NCBI GenBank assembly: GCA_041660565.1
Contig: JBAZWC010000002.1
Location: forward strand, 287,484-351,483
Direction of reading: 5' to 3'
DNA from: Patescibacteria group bacterium
GTDB taxonomy: Bacteria > Patescibacteriota > UBA1384 > CAJBMM01
Length of the DNA: 64,000 nucleotides
The position numbers and the translations under genes were made by a program. The notes under the pieces were generated by a model. It searched no databases, was not told the DNA's origin, and worked only from the letters and a program-made list of their open reading frames with translations. Shown piece after piece: positions 19,742 to 31,441 of this stretch; position 1 is the stretch's first letter, and each line of letters starts with the position of its first letter.

Positions 19742-19879
19742 TCACCATAGCTTGTTGTTGACGGTCACCTGTTGGGCTGGCAACTTCCGGCTTCGCACTT
19801 CATGGAACAGGCCGAGCAATAGGAATGCGCAAACGAATAGTACAAATACGATGTCACGCCACCGTGTATCTTTGTTCAT
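19742..19879 (-). CDS. 45-aa hydrophobic peptide on GC-rich micro-island I7 (not in the ORF track because it is under 60 aa)
   Basis: RBS GGGAG 8 nt before the ATG. Peptide MNKDTRWRDIVFVLFVCAFLLLGLFHEVRSRKLPAQQVTVNNKLW has a single TM helix. GC-rich codons, own terminator. Confidence 0.45.
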   Translation of the reverse strand: MNKDTRWRDIVFVLFVCAFLLLGLFHEVRSRKLPAQQVTVNNKLW

Positions 19880-19907
19880 CTGACGTCTCCCGTTGCTAGA
19901 ATGTGTC

Positions 19908-19927
19908 AGCATGTGCTATATTATAAT
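19908..19927 (+). promoter_or_regulatory. Extended -10 promoter TGTGCTATATTATAAT upstream of miaA
   Basis: TGn plus TATATT/TATAAT. The start codon lies within or right after it, so the mRNA may be leaderless. Confidence 0.4.
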
Positions 19928-20801
19928 GACTATGAAACAAAAAGTCAAACAAATTATCGTGCTCGCGGGGCCAACTGCTAGTGGTAAAACCGATCTGGCT
20001 GCTGATTTGATCAAAAAATATCCGCTCGAAATAATTTCGGCTGATTCGCGACAGGTTTATCGTGGGCTGGATATTGGTAGTGGCAAAGATAAAACCGTGC
20101 CACAGTTCTTAATTGATGTGGTTAATCCGGAGAACGGATTTACTGTGGCGGATTTCAAGAAACTAGCCGAAGAAAAAATTGAACAAATCTGGCAAAGAGG
20201 GAACACGCCCCTAATTGTCGGCGGCACCGGCTTTTACATTGAGGCATTGATGTTTGATCAAACCACAAACCAAACGCCGCCAAATAAGTCGATCAGACAA
20301 AAACTCGAGCCGCTTTCCGGTGCAGAGCTATTAGAAATAATCGCGCGAGTTGACGCGATGACCGCTAGCAAAATCGATGTCAATAATCGCCGACGTTTAA
20401 TTCGCGCAGCGGAAATTATCTCGGCAACAAAAAAGCCGATTGCCCCGGTTTCGCATCAGTTGCGCACCGACGCTCGGGTTAGCTGCTTCGTGCTTGATGT
20501 ACCGCGTGAGGAGCTGTATAAGAGAATCGATAAACGAGTAGATGATCGGTTGAAGATCGGAATGATCGAAGAAGTTGAGCATTTAATCTTGGCCGGAGTC
20601 TCAAAAGAGTGGTTAGTTTCACTCGGGCTTGAATATCGCGCCATCACTCGATTCCTATCAGGTGAGGTTGGGCGCGACGAAATGGTGAAACAGTTAAAAT
20701 ATGACACGCACGCCTTTGCCAGACGGCAAATATCATATTTTAAGAGATGGAAATTCGCCGAAGCACTAAGCAAAAAAAGAATTTTAAATTTTAAATTTTA
20801 A
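19926..20801 (+). CDS. miaA: tRNA dimethylallyltransferase
   Basis: P-loop AGPTASGKT and DSRQVYRGLDIGSGK. The start is ATG 19926 or ATG 19932; the ORF-track start at 19893 is unlikely. Confidence 0.88.
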   Translation: MTMKQKVKQIIVLAGPTASGKTDLAADLIKKYPLEIISADSRQVYRGLDIGSGKDKTVPQFLIDVVNPENGFTVADFKKLAEEKIEQIWQRGNTPLIVGGTGFYIEALMFDQTTNQTPPNKSIRQKLEPLSGAELLEIIARVDAMTASKIDVNNRRRLIRAAEIISATKKPIAPVSHQLRTDARVSCFVLDVPREELYKRIDKRVDDRLKIGMIEEVEHLILAGVSKEWLVSLGLEYRAITRFLSGEVGRDEMVKQLKYDTHAFARRQISYFKRWKFAEALSKKRILNFKF

Positions 20802-20828
20802 ATTTTCAAAACTTGGAATTTAATTAAT
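20776..20828. repeat. AT-rich repeat family F (F4), overlapping the miaA 3' end
   Basis: gaattttaaattttaaattttaaattttcaaaacttggaatttaatt. It encodes the miaA C-terminus ..KRILNFKF. Confidence 0.6.
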
Positions 20829-20829
20829 C

Positions 20830-21420
20830 TTATGGTTTCACGCCGTAAACATTGATTGCTTGCTCGTAAATATCGTCAGCAACCTCATCAAAATTTAAGC
20901 TCTCGGTATGATACATAATTTTGGGCAAGGTGCTGTCGTGATAAAGCGCCAACAGTTTATATTGATACATTTTATACCACTCCACGGCGTTGTCCTCGCT
21001 TTGCCCGCGTCGTTTTAGCTCTTCTTGCCACTTGGTTTCATGAAGCGCTTTAGAGTACAGTAAGCGTTGCTTAATTATATCTTCGGGTACTTGCAATAGC
21101 ACTAGCATTGGATTGTATTCGCGAATTACTTTTTCAATTTCAACCAAGTCGGCCGGTGATCCGTTAGTAATATTTAGGTGATAAAGATGGAATCGGCAAC
21201 AAATGGTCACTTTTTTATCAGACGAGCACTCTTTTTTTAAGAACGCGGTAAGTTGCGCGATACTGTTTTTCGGATCAGGGTGCGTGTAGGTTTCAGGTGA
21301 AATCCTTTTTGACTCGTCAAAAACTTCGCATGATACGCCCCGACTTTTGAATTTTTCACCAAGAACTTTAATTACATCAGTCTTGCCACTGGTTGGTATG
21401 CCTTCAAGAATAATAATCAT
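20830..21420 (-). CDS. P-loop nucleoside/nucleotide kinase-like protein
   Basis: Walker A ILEGIPTSGKTD, about 196 aa, typical of the dNK/thymidylate-kinase-like fold. Confidence 0.6.
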   Translation of the reverse strand: MIIILEGIPTSGKTDVIKVLGEKFKSRGVSCEVFDESKRISPETYTHPDPKNSIAQLTAFLKKECSSDKKVTICCRFHLYHLNITNGSPADLVEIEKVIREYNPMLVLLQVPEDIIKQRLLYSKALHETKWQEELKRRGQSEDNAVEWYKMYQYKLLALYHDSTLPKIMYHTESLNFDEVADDIYEQAINVYGVKP

Positions 21421-21469
21421 ATGCTTTCTCCTAATCCAAGCATATCAAATTTTTGTGTCATCAACTAAA

Positions 21470-21913
21470 TTATTTCGTTAGATTGTCGCTTTGGTGAGTT
21501 CGAGTAGAGTGGTGGCGATGGCGTTTGACTACATTAATGCGGTTTAAGTTGCGCTCTAATAATGCGGCGGCGTGAGCAAATTCAACATCGTTTTTAGCCT
21601 TGTCTTGCAAAGAGGTGGCTGCTTTAACAGCGGCCTCGGCGGCGGCCAGATCAATTGAATCAACGTGCTCGGCGCGATCCGCCATAACTGTGACGGTTTT
21701 GTCGGTAATTTCGGCCACACCGCCAAAAACAGAGAAATGATTGGTTTTGTTGCTGGAATGAGTGGTAATTTCGCCGGTTTTAATCATTGTAATTAAATTA
21801 ACGTGATTTGGTAGCACGCCAATTTCACCGAGTGTGGTCGGTAATAATACTTCGTCAACTTCGAACTCATCAACGACGCGGTCTTGGCTAATTAGGGAGA
21901 AGGTGATGGACAT
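21470..21913 (-). CDS. atpC: F1 ATP synthase epsilon subunit
   Basis: Last gene of the atp operon. N-terminal beta-sandwich sequence LLPTTLGEIGVLPNH. Confidence 0.85.
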   Translation of the reverse strand: MSITFSLISQDRVVDEFEVDEVLLPTTLGEIGVLPNHVNLITMIKTGEITTHSSNKTNHFSVFGGVAEITDKTVTVMADRAEHVDSIDLAAAEAAVKAATSLQDKAKNDVEFAHAAALLERNLNRINVVKRHRHHSTRTHQSDNLTK

Positions 21914-21954
21914 TGGGTCCTTAATTTACAATTTGAAATAGTGGGAGATCTTTC

Positions 21955-21990
21955 ATAGACTGGATTCCCGCCTTCGCGGGAATGACTACC
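21955..21990. repeat. Palindromic repeat family B (variant stem), copy B4, inside the atp operon
   Basis: CATAGACTGGATTCCCGCCTTCGCGGGAATGACTAC. Stem TTCCCGC/GCGGGAA with compensatory changes relative to B1-B3. Confidence 0.8.
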
Positions 21991-21995
21991 ACTGA

Positions 21996-23381
<1,386 letters not shown>

Positions 23382-24263
23382 TTACTGCTCAAGGGCGGTG
23401 ATACTTGAGGAAATCTCCGCCATTTCGGCTGTAATTGCTGTTTGTCTTTCGCTGTTAAATGTTAGTTGTAAGTCGTTTGATAAATCTTCGGCGTTATCGG
23501 TAGCTGATCTCATTGCAATCATGCGCGCAGAATGTTCTGAAGCGGCTGACTCAAGCATCATTTCAAAAAATAATTGATCTACTAATTTTGGTAAAAGCCC
23601 TTTGAGCAACTCAGAAACGCTTGGCTCAAACATTGCCTCGGCGTCTGCAATTTGTTGGTCTTTGTTGGCTGTTTCGCGCGCTGATTCCGGGTGAACAAAC
23701 AATGGCAAAAGCTGAGTTACGGTTGGAACTTGAACTAACGTTGATTGAAAATGACTGTAAACCACGTTAACCAGGTCGTATTTCTTAGCTAAAAAGTTTG
23801 TGGTGGCAAACAAAGAAATTGGTCGGCAAAACTCAAATGGTACATTTGCTGGTACATCGATAAAAGTGGCAGCGATGGGAAATTTGTACTTAGCCAAAAG
23901 CGAGTTGCCCTTTTTGCCTATTACCACTAAATCCGTGTCGTGACCGGCTTCTTTAATTTGGGTTAGCGCTTTTTTAATCACCTGCGCGTTGATGCCGCCA
24001 GCTAAGCCACCGTCGGAAGTGATAATGATCAGCAATTCATTTTTAATTGGCCGAATGTCTAGTAAAGGATGATGAAATTCCAAATTTTGTTGCTGCAAGC
24101 GGTCAATTAACGCCGAGATACGGGTAGCGTATGGTCTTGCCCCCACAACGGCCTGGCTAGCCTTATGCATTTTTGCAGCCGACACTAATTCCATCGCTTT
24201 GGTAATTTGTTTGATATTACCAACCGATCGAAGTCGTCTTTTAATTACTAAACTGTTGCTCAC
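23382..24263 (-). CDS. atpG: F1 ATP synthase gamma subunit
   Basis: [26 protein letters not shown]-terminus. Confidence 0.9.
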   Translation of the reverse strand: MSNSLVIKRRLRSVGNIKQITKAMELVSAAKMHKASQAVVGARPYATRISALIDRLQQQNLEFHHPLLDIRPIKNELLIIITSDGGLAGGINAQVIKKALTQIKEAGHDTDLVVIGKKGNSLLAKYKFPIAATFIDVPANVPFEFCRPISLFATTNFLAKKYDLVNVVYSHFQSTLVQVPTVTQLLPLFVHPESARETANKDQQIADAEAMFEPSVSELLKGLLPKLVDQLFFEMMLESAASEHSARMIAMRSATDNAEDLSNDLQLTFNSERQTAITAEMAEISSSITALEQ

Positions 24264-25747
24264 GCCGTTGCTTCCTTAAATGCCTTAGTAATGGTTTCTT
24301 CGTCCGATTTTTCTATCGTATCTTTTGTGGTCAATTCGGCTAATAATTTTGCATAGCCAGATTTTAATCCAGTCAAAAACTGCTTAGTGGTTTTGGCGAC
24401 ATCATCTATATCTACACCGTCGTAAAGTCCGTTGGTAACCGCCCAAACCAACGCAATCTGCTCGCCGACCGGTAGGGGAGAATATTGTGGCTGTTTCAGG
24501 ATTTCAGTAATTCTGGCACCGCGGTCGAGCTGGCTCTTGGTGGCATCGTCTAAGTCTGAACTAAATTGGGCAAAAGCGGCTAATCCACGATATTGTGCCA
24601 AGTCTAAGCGCAATTTTCCGGCCACTTTTTTCATATTTTTAATTTGAGCGTCACTTCCAACGCGTGAAACCGATAATCCAACGTTTAATGCCGGTCTGAT
24701 TCCTTGATAGAATAGATCAGATTCAAGATAAATTTGTCCGTCGGTGATAGAAATAACGTTGGTTGGAATGTAGGCCGAGACATCGCCAGATTGAGTTTCG
24801 ATAATCGGTAGGGCAGTAATTGATCCGCCGCCGGCTTCTTTATTTAAGTTAGCGCTGCGTTCGAGTAATCTGGAGTGCAGATAAAAAACATCACCCGGAT
24901 AAGCTTCGCGACCCGGTGGGCGACGGAGCAATAGCGAGATTTGACGATACGACCAGGCGTGCTTGGATAGATCATCATAAACTACTAGCACGTCTTGTCC
25001 TTTAGCCATGAAATATTCGGCGATAGCGCAACCGGCGTACGGAGAGAGAAAGACTAATGATGCTGGGTCTGAAGCTCCTGCCACTACCACAATGGTATGT
25101 TTTAGCGCGTTCATTTCTTCAAGTTTGGCTACAATTCTGGCGGTTTTGGACTTTTTTTGACCGATAGCAACGTAAATACAGATGACGTCGGTATCGCGCT
25201 GGTTAATGATGGTGTCGATGGCGATGGCAGTTTTACCGGTTTGGCGATCTCCAATAATCAGTTCGCGCTGACCACGGCCAATTGGAATCATCGAATCGAT
25301 GGCAATGATACCGGTTTGAATTGGCTTGTTGACCTTCTGCCTGGTAATGACGCCCGGCGCCACTTTTTCAACCGGCATCATAGTAGTTTTTTTGAACGCG
25401 CCTTTGCCGTCAATTGGTTCACCGAGTGGGTTAACCACGCGCCCGATCATCTCTTCAGATGCAGGGACGCTCATAACCTGTCCGGTGCGCTTAACGCTGT
25501 CACCGGCTTTAACCTTAGTGGTATCACCTAAAATGGCAGCTCCAACCCGAGTTTCTTCTAAGTTTAACACTAAACCAACCAAATCATCGTTAAAGGTAAC
25601 GAGCTCGCCAGACATCACCGAAGATAGGCCAGAGATAGTGGCAATTTCATCAGCCACACTCAGAACAATCCCGGATTGTCTTTGCTCCGGCGTGTATTCA
25701 ATATCGGCAAGTTGTTTTTTTAGTTGATCGATAAGGGTTTCGCTCAT
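24260..25747 (-). CDS. atpA: F1 ATP synthase alpha subunit
   Basis: P-loop GDRQTGKTA. Confidence 0.95.
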   Translation of the reverse strand: MSETLIDQLKKQLADIEYTPEQRQSGIVLSVADEIATISGLSSVMSGELVTFNDDLVGLVLNLEETRVGAAILGDTTKVKAGDSVKRTGQVMSVPASEEMIGRVVNPLGEPIDGKGAFKKTTMMPVEKVAPGVITRQKVNKPIQTGIIAIDSMIPIGRGQRELIIGDRQTGKTAIAIDTIINQRDTDVICIYVAIGQKKSKTARIVAKLEEMNALKHTIVVVAGASDPASLVFLSPYAGCAIAEYFMAKGQDVLVVYDDLSKHAWSYRQISLLLRRPPGREAYPGDVFYLHSRLLERSANLNKEAGGGSITALPIIETQSGDVSAYIPTNVISITDGQIYLESDLFYQGIRPALNVGLSVSRVGSDAQIKNMKKVAGKLRLDLAQYRGLAAFAQFSSDLDDATKSQLDRGARITEILKQPQYSPLPVGEQIALVWAVTNGLYDGVDIDDVAKTTKQFLTGLKSGYAKLLAELTTKDTIEKSDEETITKAFKEATA

Positions 25748-25758
25748 GTCGTTCCTTT

Positions 25759-26244
25759 TTATTCAGATGTGTTTAGGGCTAAACTAATTTGTCTTAACTG
25801 TTGTCTTAGGCTATTCTCATAGGTCTGGTCGGAAACAGTCAGTCGCACGCCGGCCAGTAGGTTTGAATCTAACCGAGAAATTATGATGCTGTTGCTCCCA
25901 AACTGTTTTTTGATCTCGGTTTCATCCACTTGTGTCTTAGCATAATCGATCTTGATAATCGGAATGCCAAGACGTCGTAACTGTCGCTCAAAAGCGGATA
26001 ATACTTTGGGGATTATTTTAATACTGCGATCTCGGTGTAAAATTAAAACCAAATTGGTGAGCGGTTTCACCGTGCCTTGGGTAGAAAGCAATGATTTTAG
26101 CTGGCTTGTGGTTAAATTGCTTAATTTTGATGGGCACTCGGTGGCAATTTCGGCTAAGTCTAATAAAACTTGATAACATCGTCCGTAATCGGATGATTCA
26201 ACCTGATCTAGCAACGCTGTTGCAGCTAGCGCGTGATTAATCAT
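25759..26244 (-). CDS. atpH: F1 ATP synthase delta subunit (OSCP)
   Basis: Correct position and size (161 aa) in the operon. Confidence 0.8.
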   Translation of the reverse strand: MINHALAATALLDQVESSDYGRCYQVLLDLAEIATECPSKLSNLTTSQLKSLLSTQGTVKPLTNLVLILHRDRSIKIIPKVLSAFERQLRRLGIPIIKIDYAKTQVDETEIKKQFGSNSIIISRLDSNLLAGVRLTVSDQTYENSLRQQLRQISLALNTSE

Positions 26245-26746
26245 CGTTTTTCTTCCCCACGGCCTTCAAAGTGGTCTCGATGTATTTTTGCTCAATACTG
26301 GTTGGCATTTTTTCTAGCAAAATCGATTTAACAGCTAGCATCACTAAGTCAGCAGCTTCAGACTGAATCTGCTTTTTTATTTCAGAGGCTTGCTGAGACA
26401 ACTTAGCCTCGGTTTGGCTGATCATTTTTGCCGATTGTTCCTTGGCTAAATCCAAAATCTCTAATTGACGTGATTTGGCTTGATTCTCAGCTTTTGCAAT
26501 TAACTGTTCTGCATCAATACGAGCTTGGTGCAAGATTTTTTGCTGCTCGTCAGTAGTCTCGGCCAGCTTTTTCTCGATTGTCTCGGCATTTTTTAAGCTT
26601 TCGTCGATCTTATTTTTGCGCTCATCCATCACCTGTAACAATGGCTTGTACACAATTTTATTTAACAAAAATAACAAGATCACAAAGTTTATCGTGCTTG
26701 CGACCAATAGTTTCCAATCAACTCCAAAAGAATTAAGAATTTCCAT
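26237..26746 (-). CDS. atpF: Fo ATP synthase subunit b
   Basis: N-terminal TM helix followed by a long charged coiled-coil. Confidence 0.85.
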   Translation of the reverse strand: MEILNSFGVDWKLLVASTINFVILLFLLNKIVYKPLLQVMDERKNKIDESLKNAETIEKKLAETTDEQQKILHQARIDAEQLIAKAENQAKSRQLEILDLAKEQSAKMISQTEAKLSQQASEIKKQIQSEAADLVMLAVKSILLEKMPTSIEQKYIETTLKAVGKKNDD

Positions 26747-26767
26747 ATTTATCCGATTCTTTTATAT

Positions 26768-26989
<222 letters not shown>

Positions 26990-27766
26990 TTAATGCGCGT
27001 CGTGTTCGACGGGCTGGCTGATAATACTAAAGAAAACAAGGGTTAATAACGCAAAAACGGTCGCCTGGACTAACCCGACGATCGTTTCGAGCATTAAAAA
27101 TGGTACCGGAGCAATGTACCCGGCCATACCGGTAATAGTGCTAATTACTACATCTCCGGCATAAACGTTACCAAACAGTCGAAACGATAACGAGATTATC
27201 TTAACAAATTCTGATACAACTTCCAAGAACCCCACAAAACCGCCAATGGCGATCCCAAGTAGAATAAAGGCGATTCCGCCCTGCAGAGGGTTATGAAAAT
27301 ATCGTTTAACATAGCCGTATATGCCGTTGAATCGGATGCCGTAGTACTGGGTTAATATCACGGTAATTAAAGCGAGTGCCAGCGTTGTATTTAGATCAGA
27401 TGCGGCCGAGCGAAAAAGCGGTACGAACACGGTTCCATGCGCGGAGTGTTCATATATCCCGATGGCATTTAAACCGGGAATCAGACCAAACCAGTTTGCG
27501 CATAAAATAAACAAAAAAAGTGTGGCGATAATCGGGAAAAAAACACGAGCCCGATCTGCCGCCACCGATTTTACCAAGTCATAAAGCGTTTCTAAAATAT
27601 ATTCCATAAAATTTTGCAGTTTGCCGGGGTGCAATTTGATGTGCCTAGTAGCTAACAATCCCAAAATAATCAAAGTTGACATTACCAACCAAGACATCAG
27701 CAGTGAGTTGGTAATAAAAAAATGTCCAATGTGGACGACATTTTCTGGCTTTAATGGGACTTCCAC
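26990..27766 (-). CDS. atpB: Fo ATP synthase subunit a
   Basis: Five to six TM helices, conserved R in the LSFRLFGNVYAGD motif. Confidence 0.9.
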   Translation of the reverse strand: MEVPLKPENVVHIGHFFITNSLLMSWLVMSTLIILGLLATRHIKLHPGKLQNFMEYILETLYDLVKSVAADRARVFFPIIATLFLFILCANWFGLIPGLNAIGIYEHSAHGTVFVPLFRSAASDLNTTLALALITVILTQYYGIRFNGIYGYVKRYFHNPLQGGIAFILLGIAIGGFVGFLEVVSEFVKIISLSFRLFGNVYAGDVVISTITGMAGYIAPVPFLMLETIVGLVQATVFALLTLVFFSIISQPVEHDAH

Positions 27767-27913
27767 GATAATCCTTATGTAAATTATATTAAATATTTGT
27801 CAATGACATTCTAGCATTACGAAGGGGTTTTTGGCAAGAACAGGCAAATATTTGATAATTATGCTTCGTATTTATTGACGCCCAGCGGTGCTAGTCTATA
27901 CTAAACCTATAGA

Positions 27914-28724
27914 GGGGATTCGTATGACTGTCATACAGCTGTACTGGCTTAGCTTAAGTGTCTTAGTAGCCGTGATTGTTGCGGTGATTTGGGTTTCTGC
28001 ATCAAAACGACGATCTATGAAACGAAGCGTAGAAGCGCATAAAACCGAATTTTTTTCACTCGTTGCGCACTATTTTATGACTCCGCTATCCATTATCCGC
28101 GGAAATGTATCCGAGCTAATTGACCCATCGTCAGCCAGCCTGTCGAAATCACAGCTAATAACATATTATCTGAACATCCAAGTATCGGCTGCCCGTTTGA
28201 TCATGTTAGTTCAAAACATTATGACGGTATCGGAAATTGATCAGCAGACCATCTCGCTTAATCCGACTGCGGTTAATCTAATGGATGTAATAGATAAATG
28301 TATTACCGAGGTGCACTCAGAGGCGATGCAGCGAGGAGTAAACATTAGATTTGATCGTACCCTAGAAGAATCGGCAAGTCAGGTTACTATTGATCCGGAA
28401 AAATTCCGACAGGCTTTAATTAATATTCTGCATAACTCGGTAAAATTCACGCGGCCGGGTGGTAATATTCAAGTTACGCTCAAAACTAGCTCAAATTCCT
28501 TTGAAATACAGGTTGCTGATTCCGGTATTGGCATTTCCAAAGATGAAATGACTAAACTGTTTACCCGGTTTCACCGTGGCACCAGCTATTTGAATTTGGA
28601 TTATGAGGGCGTTGGGCTGGGATTATATATTGCCAAATATCTGATTGAACTTAACCGCGGGCAAATTAGGGTAGATAGTGAACTAGACAAAGGCACTGTG
28701 GTAACAATAAATTTGATTAAATAA
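27914..28724 (+). CDS. Sensor histidine kinase
   Basis: H-box FSLVAHYFMTPL and HATPase_c motifs N (LHNSVKFT), G1 (DSGIGI) and G2 (GVGLGLYIAK). One N-terminal TM helix. RBS GAGGGG before ATG 27914. No adjacent response regulator was found. Confidence 0.82.
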
Positions 28725-28749
28725 TATTCAAATGTGATATAGTTGAGCT

Positions 28750-30288
28750 ATGGCGATATCACGCGTAAATTCGGTGGTAATTCAGGGGCTAGATGGTATC
28801 AGCATCATCGTCGAAGTTGATCTTGGCTTAGGTCTGCCTAAATTTAGCATTGTCGGTTTGCCCGATAAAGCGGTAGATGAAGCAAAAGAACGTACTAAAT
28901 CTGCACTCAAAAATTCAAACATCCCATTTCCGCAACATTTGGTGACGGTTAATTTGGCGCCAGCCGATGTTAAGAAGTCCGGTACCGGTTACGATCTGCC
29001 GATTGCTTTGGGGATCGCCGTAGGATTAGAACAAGTGGAGCAATCCGCACTAGAAAACGCTGGGTTTATCGGTGAATTGTCTTTAAGTGGTGATATTAAG
29101 CCGGTTTCGGGCATTTTGCCGGCCACCATGCATGTGCGTGACTTGGGTTGGAAATCGCTTTATGTGCCTTCTGCAAACGGGGCAGAGGCGGCCATTATTG
29201 ATGGTATTGATATTTATCCGGTGGAAAGTCTACGGCAATTAATTTTACATTTGCGCGGTGAAAAGCTAATCAAACCACTACCCCAAACCGAGTGGCAAGG
29301 GCAAGTGGACAAAGCAGTTTATACCGATATGTCATCCATTCGCGGGCAAAATCAGGCCAAGCGATCATTAGAAATTGCTGCGTCTGGTGGTCATAACGTG
29401 TTGATGAGCGGGCCTCCGGGAAGTGGCAAAACCATGCTGGCCAAAGCGTTTGCTGGCATTTTGCCTACCATGACTAAAAACGAAGTGTTTGAAGTGACCA
29501 AAATTTACAGTGTGGCTGGTTTGCTAACCGCCGACGAGCCGATTATGTTACGCCGACCTTTTCGTTCCCCGCACCACACCAGTAGCACTATTTCTTTGAT
29601 TGGCGGAGGGCAATGGCCCAAGCCGGGGGAGATAAGCCTTGCCCATCGAGGTGTGCTGTTTTTAGATGAATTTCCCGAGTTTCCCAGAAGTGCTTTGGAA
29701 AGTTTGCGCCAGCCACTGGAAGATGGCACCGTTTCGATATCTCGAGCTAACGGCTCGGTGCATTTTCCGGCTAAGTTTATTTTGTTGGCAACTCAAAATC
29801 CTTGCCCGTGTGGTTATTTGCACGACACCATCAAGCGTTGCCGTTGCTCGCAAACCGAGATAAAGCGTTATCACCAACGCTTGTCTGGCCCGCTTTTGGA
29901 TCGCATTGACTTGCATATTACCGTGCCACGAGTTGAAGTGGATGATTTAAGTAATGCCGGCAACGGAGAGACGACCGAAAGTATCCGTCTGCGCGTTGAA
30001 AAAGCGCGTAAAATTCAGTCGGTGCGTTTTGAAGGCACAAAGATAGTCTCGAACGCGGAAATGGGAGTTAAAATGATCGATCAGTTTTGTGTGCTCGATG
30101 TAGCGTCTCGAAATTTATTAAACAAGGCGGTGGAAAGGTACGGTTTATCGGCTCGGTCATATCATCGTATCATTAAGGTTGCCAGAACCATTGCTGATCT
30201 GTCTGGAGAGGAAAACATCCAACAAAACCACATTGCTGAAAGTCTGCAATTTAGAGAAAGCTCTCAGGATGAGGAAAATATTAGATAA
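28750..30288 (+). CDS. comM: YifB/ComM-family Mg-chelatase-like AAA+ ATPase
   Basis: Walker A SGPPGSGKTML and Walker B VLFLDEF. N-terminal Lon-like ChlI domain, 512 aa. Confidence 0.88.
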   Translation: MAISRVNSVVIQGLDGISIIVEVDLGLGLPKFSIVGLPDKAVDEAKERTKSALKNSNIPFPQHLVTVNLAPADVKKSGTGYDLPIALGIAVGLEQVEQSALENAGFIGELSLSGDIKPVSGILPATMHVRDLGWKSLYVPSANGAEAAIIDGIDIYPVESLRQLILHLRGEKLIKPLPQTEWQGQVDKAVYTDMSSIRGQNQAKRSLEIAASGGHNVLMSGPPGSGKTMLAKAFAGILPTMTKNEVFEVTKIYSVAGLLTADEPIMLRRPFRSPHHTSSTISLIGGGQWPKPGEISLAHRGVLFLDEFPEFPRSALESLRQPLEDGTVSISRANGSVHFPAKFILLATQNPCPCGYLHDTIKRCRCSQTEIKRYHQRLSGPLLDRIDLHITVPRVEVDDLSNAGNGETTESIRLRVEKARKIQSVRFEGTKIVSNAEMGVKMIDQFCVLDVASRNLLNKAVERYGLSARSYHRIIKVARTIADLSGEENIQQNHIAESLQFRESSQDEENIR

Positions 30289-30372
30289 ATTTTTAATTTT
30301 TAATTTTTAATTTCAAATGAAAGGTTGCCAATTTTAAATGACTAAATAAAGAACCATTTAAAATTTAATCAT
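30287..30372. repeat. AT-rich repeat family F (F5)
   Basis: aaatttttaatttttaatttttaatttcaaatg..ccaattttaaatg..atttaaaatttaatc. Confidence 0.6.
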
Positions 30373-30407
30373 TCGGTACTTATTCATTTAAAATTTGGGC
30401 GATATAT

Positions 30408-30487
30408 TATAGACTGGATTCCCGCTCTTCGAGCCTGAGCCTGAGGGCTTATCCCTCAGAGTCGAATGACCTGCGCGGGAATGACAG
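30408..30487. repeat. Palindromic repeat family B, copy B5, with a nested palindromic insert
   Basis: TATAGACTGGATTCCCGC[TCTTCGAGCCTGAGCCTGAGGGCTTATCCCTCAGAGTCGAATGACCT]GCGCGGGAATGACAG. Confidence 0.8.
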
Positions 30488-30492
30488 ATCGT

Positions 30493-30804
30493 CTAGTTAT
30501 TTATATGTAAAAACTGGCTAAAGCTGTTGCTAAAGTGCTGCAAATAGTCAGTTTTTGCGTTTACTATGACCGTGGCCACTAAAATAATTATTAATAAGCC
30601 AAATACAAAACCAACTCGGCGTAGCTCTTTAACTACTAACGTAGATGAGTGGCTAAGCGAAGATTCTGGCTCAACAACGGGTTTTGCAGCGATTGTAACT
30701 GTTTCGGATACGGTTGGAATTTGATCGGGTTGGCTAATAGGAATGGTGGAAACTGGGGCCGAAACTGTTTTTTTGAAAAACTTTTTCTTATGTTTTTTTG
30801 ACAT
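30493..30804 (-). CDS. Small membrane protein with a basic N-terminus and C-terminal TM helix
   Basis: MSKKHKKKFFKK.. then GFVFGLLIIILVATVIV. Length is 103 aa. Confidence 0.55.
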   Translation of the reverse strand: MSKKHKKKFFKKTVSAPVSTIPISQPDQIPTVSETVTIAAKPVVEPESSLSHSSTLVVKELRRVGFVFGLLIIILVATVIVNAKTDYLQHFSNSFSQFLHINN

Positions 30805-30902
30805 TTATTGCCTCCGGTTATTCTCGCCTCGATCATATCGCTTTTTCCACCTTTTACACAAGAGGGGGTTTTGTGTTATAATCGGATACATACGAGCGAA
30901 AT

Positions 30903-30977
30903 GCGAGAGTAGTTCAGTGGTAGAACGCTTCCTTGCCAAGGAAGAGGCCGGGGGTTCAAGTCCCCTCTCTCGCTCCA
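30903..30977 (+). tRNA. tRNA-Gly (anticodon GCC)
   Basis: Acceptor GCGAGAG/CTCTCGC, D-arm AGTTCAGTGGTAGAACG, anticodon loop TTGCCAA, T-arm GGGTTCAAGTCCC, 3' CCA. Upstream promoter TGTGTTATAAT at 30870. Confidence 0.85.
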
Positions 30978-30987
30978 ATATTCTTTT

Positions 30988-31061
30988 GGTCTGGTGGCCG
31001 AGCAGCTAGGCAGCGGTCTGCAAAACCGCGTACAGCAGTGCAACTCTGCTCCAGACCTCCA
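30988..31061 (+). tRNA. tRNA-Cys (anticodon GCA), tentative
   Basis: Acceptor GGTCTGG/CCAGACC, anticodon stem-loop GCGGT-CTGCAAA-ACCGC, 3' TCCA. The T-loop is atypical. Confidence 0.55.
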
Positions 31062-31200
31062 CAAGACAAAATTCGAAATCCGAAGCACCAAGCACGAAAT
31101 AAATAATAAATACAAAATAAAAAAGGTTTCTAACATTTGAATTTGAAATTTGGGATTTGTTTCGAATTTCGGATTTAGTGCTTCGAATTTGCAAAGGATA
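31062..31200. repeat. AT-rich repeat family F (F6), palindromic variant
   Basis: Inverted arms CGAAATCCGAAGCACCAAGCACG .. TTTCGGATTTAGTGCTTCGAA. Shares the CGTGCTTGGTGCTT module with F9 at 47990. Confidence 0.6.
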
Positions 31201-31203
31201 TTT

Positions 31204-31431
31204 ATGGCTGATAATACAGGGATGATGATTGCTCAGGTTGTTGTGTCATTGTTGTTAGTTGCAACGGTGTTGCTGCAGCAACGGGGGACAGGACTTGGTG
31301 GAGCATTTGGTGGTGAAGGTAACGTGTATCGATCAAGACGCGGCACCGAACGATTTTTATTTGGTTCGACGATTGTTTTAGGCGTGGCTTTTGTGGCTTT
31401 AGCTGGAATATCCGTTTTCCTCGCCAGATAA
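31204..31431 (+). CDS. secG: Preprotein translocase subunit SecG
   Basis: MADNTGMMIAQVVVSLLLVATVLLQQRGTGLGGAFGG is typical of SecG. RBS AAAGGA. The ORF-track start at 31150 is likely too early. Confidence 0.8.
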   Translation: MADNTGMMIAQVVVSLLLVATVLLQQRGTGLGGAFGGEGNVYRSRRGTERFLFGSTIVLGVAFVALAGISVFLAR

Positions 31432-31441
31432 ATAGGTAATT

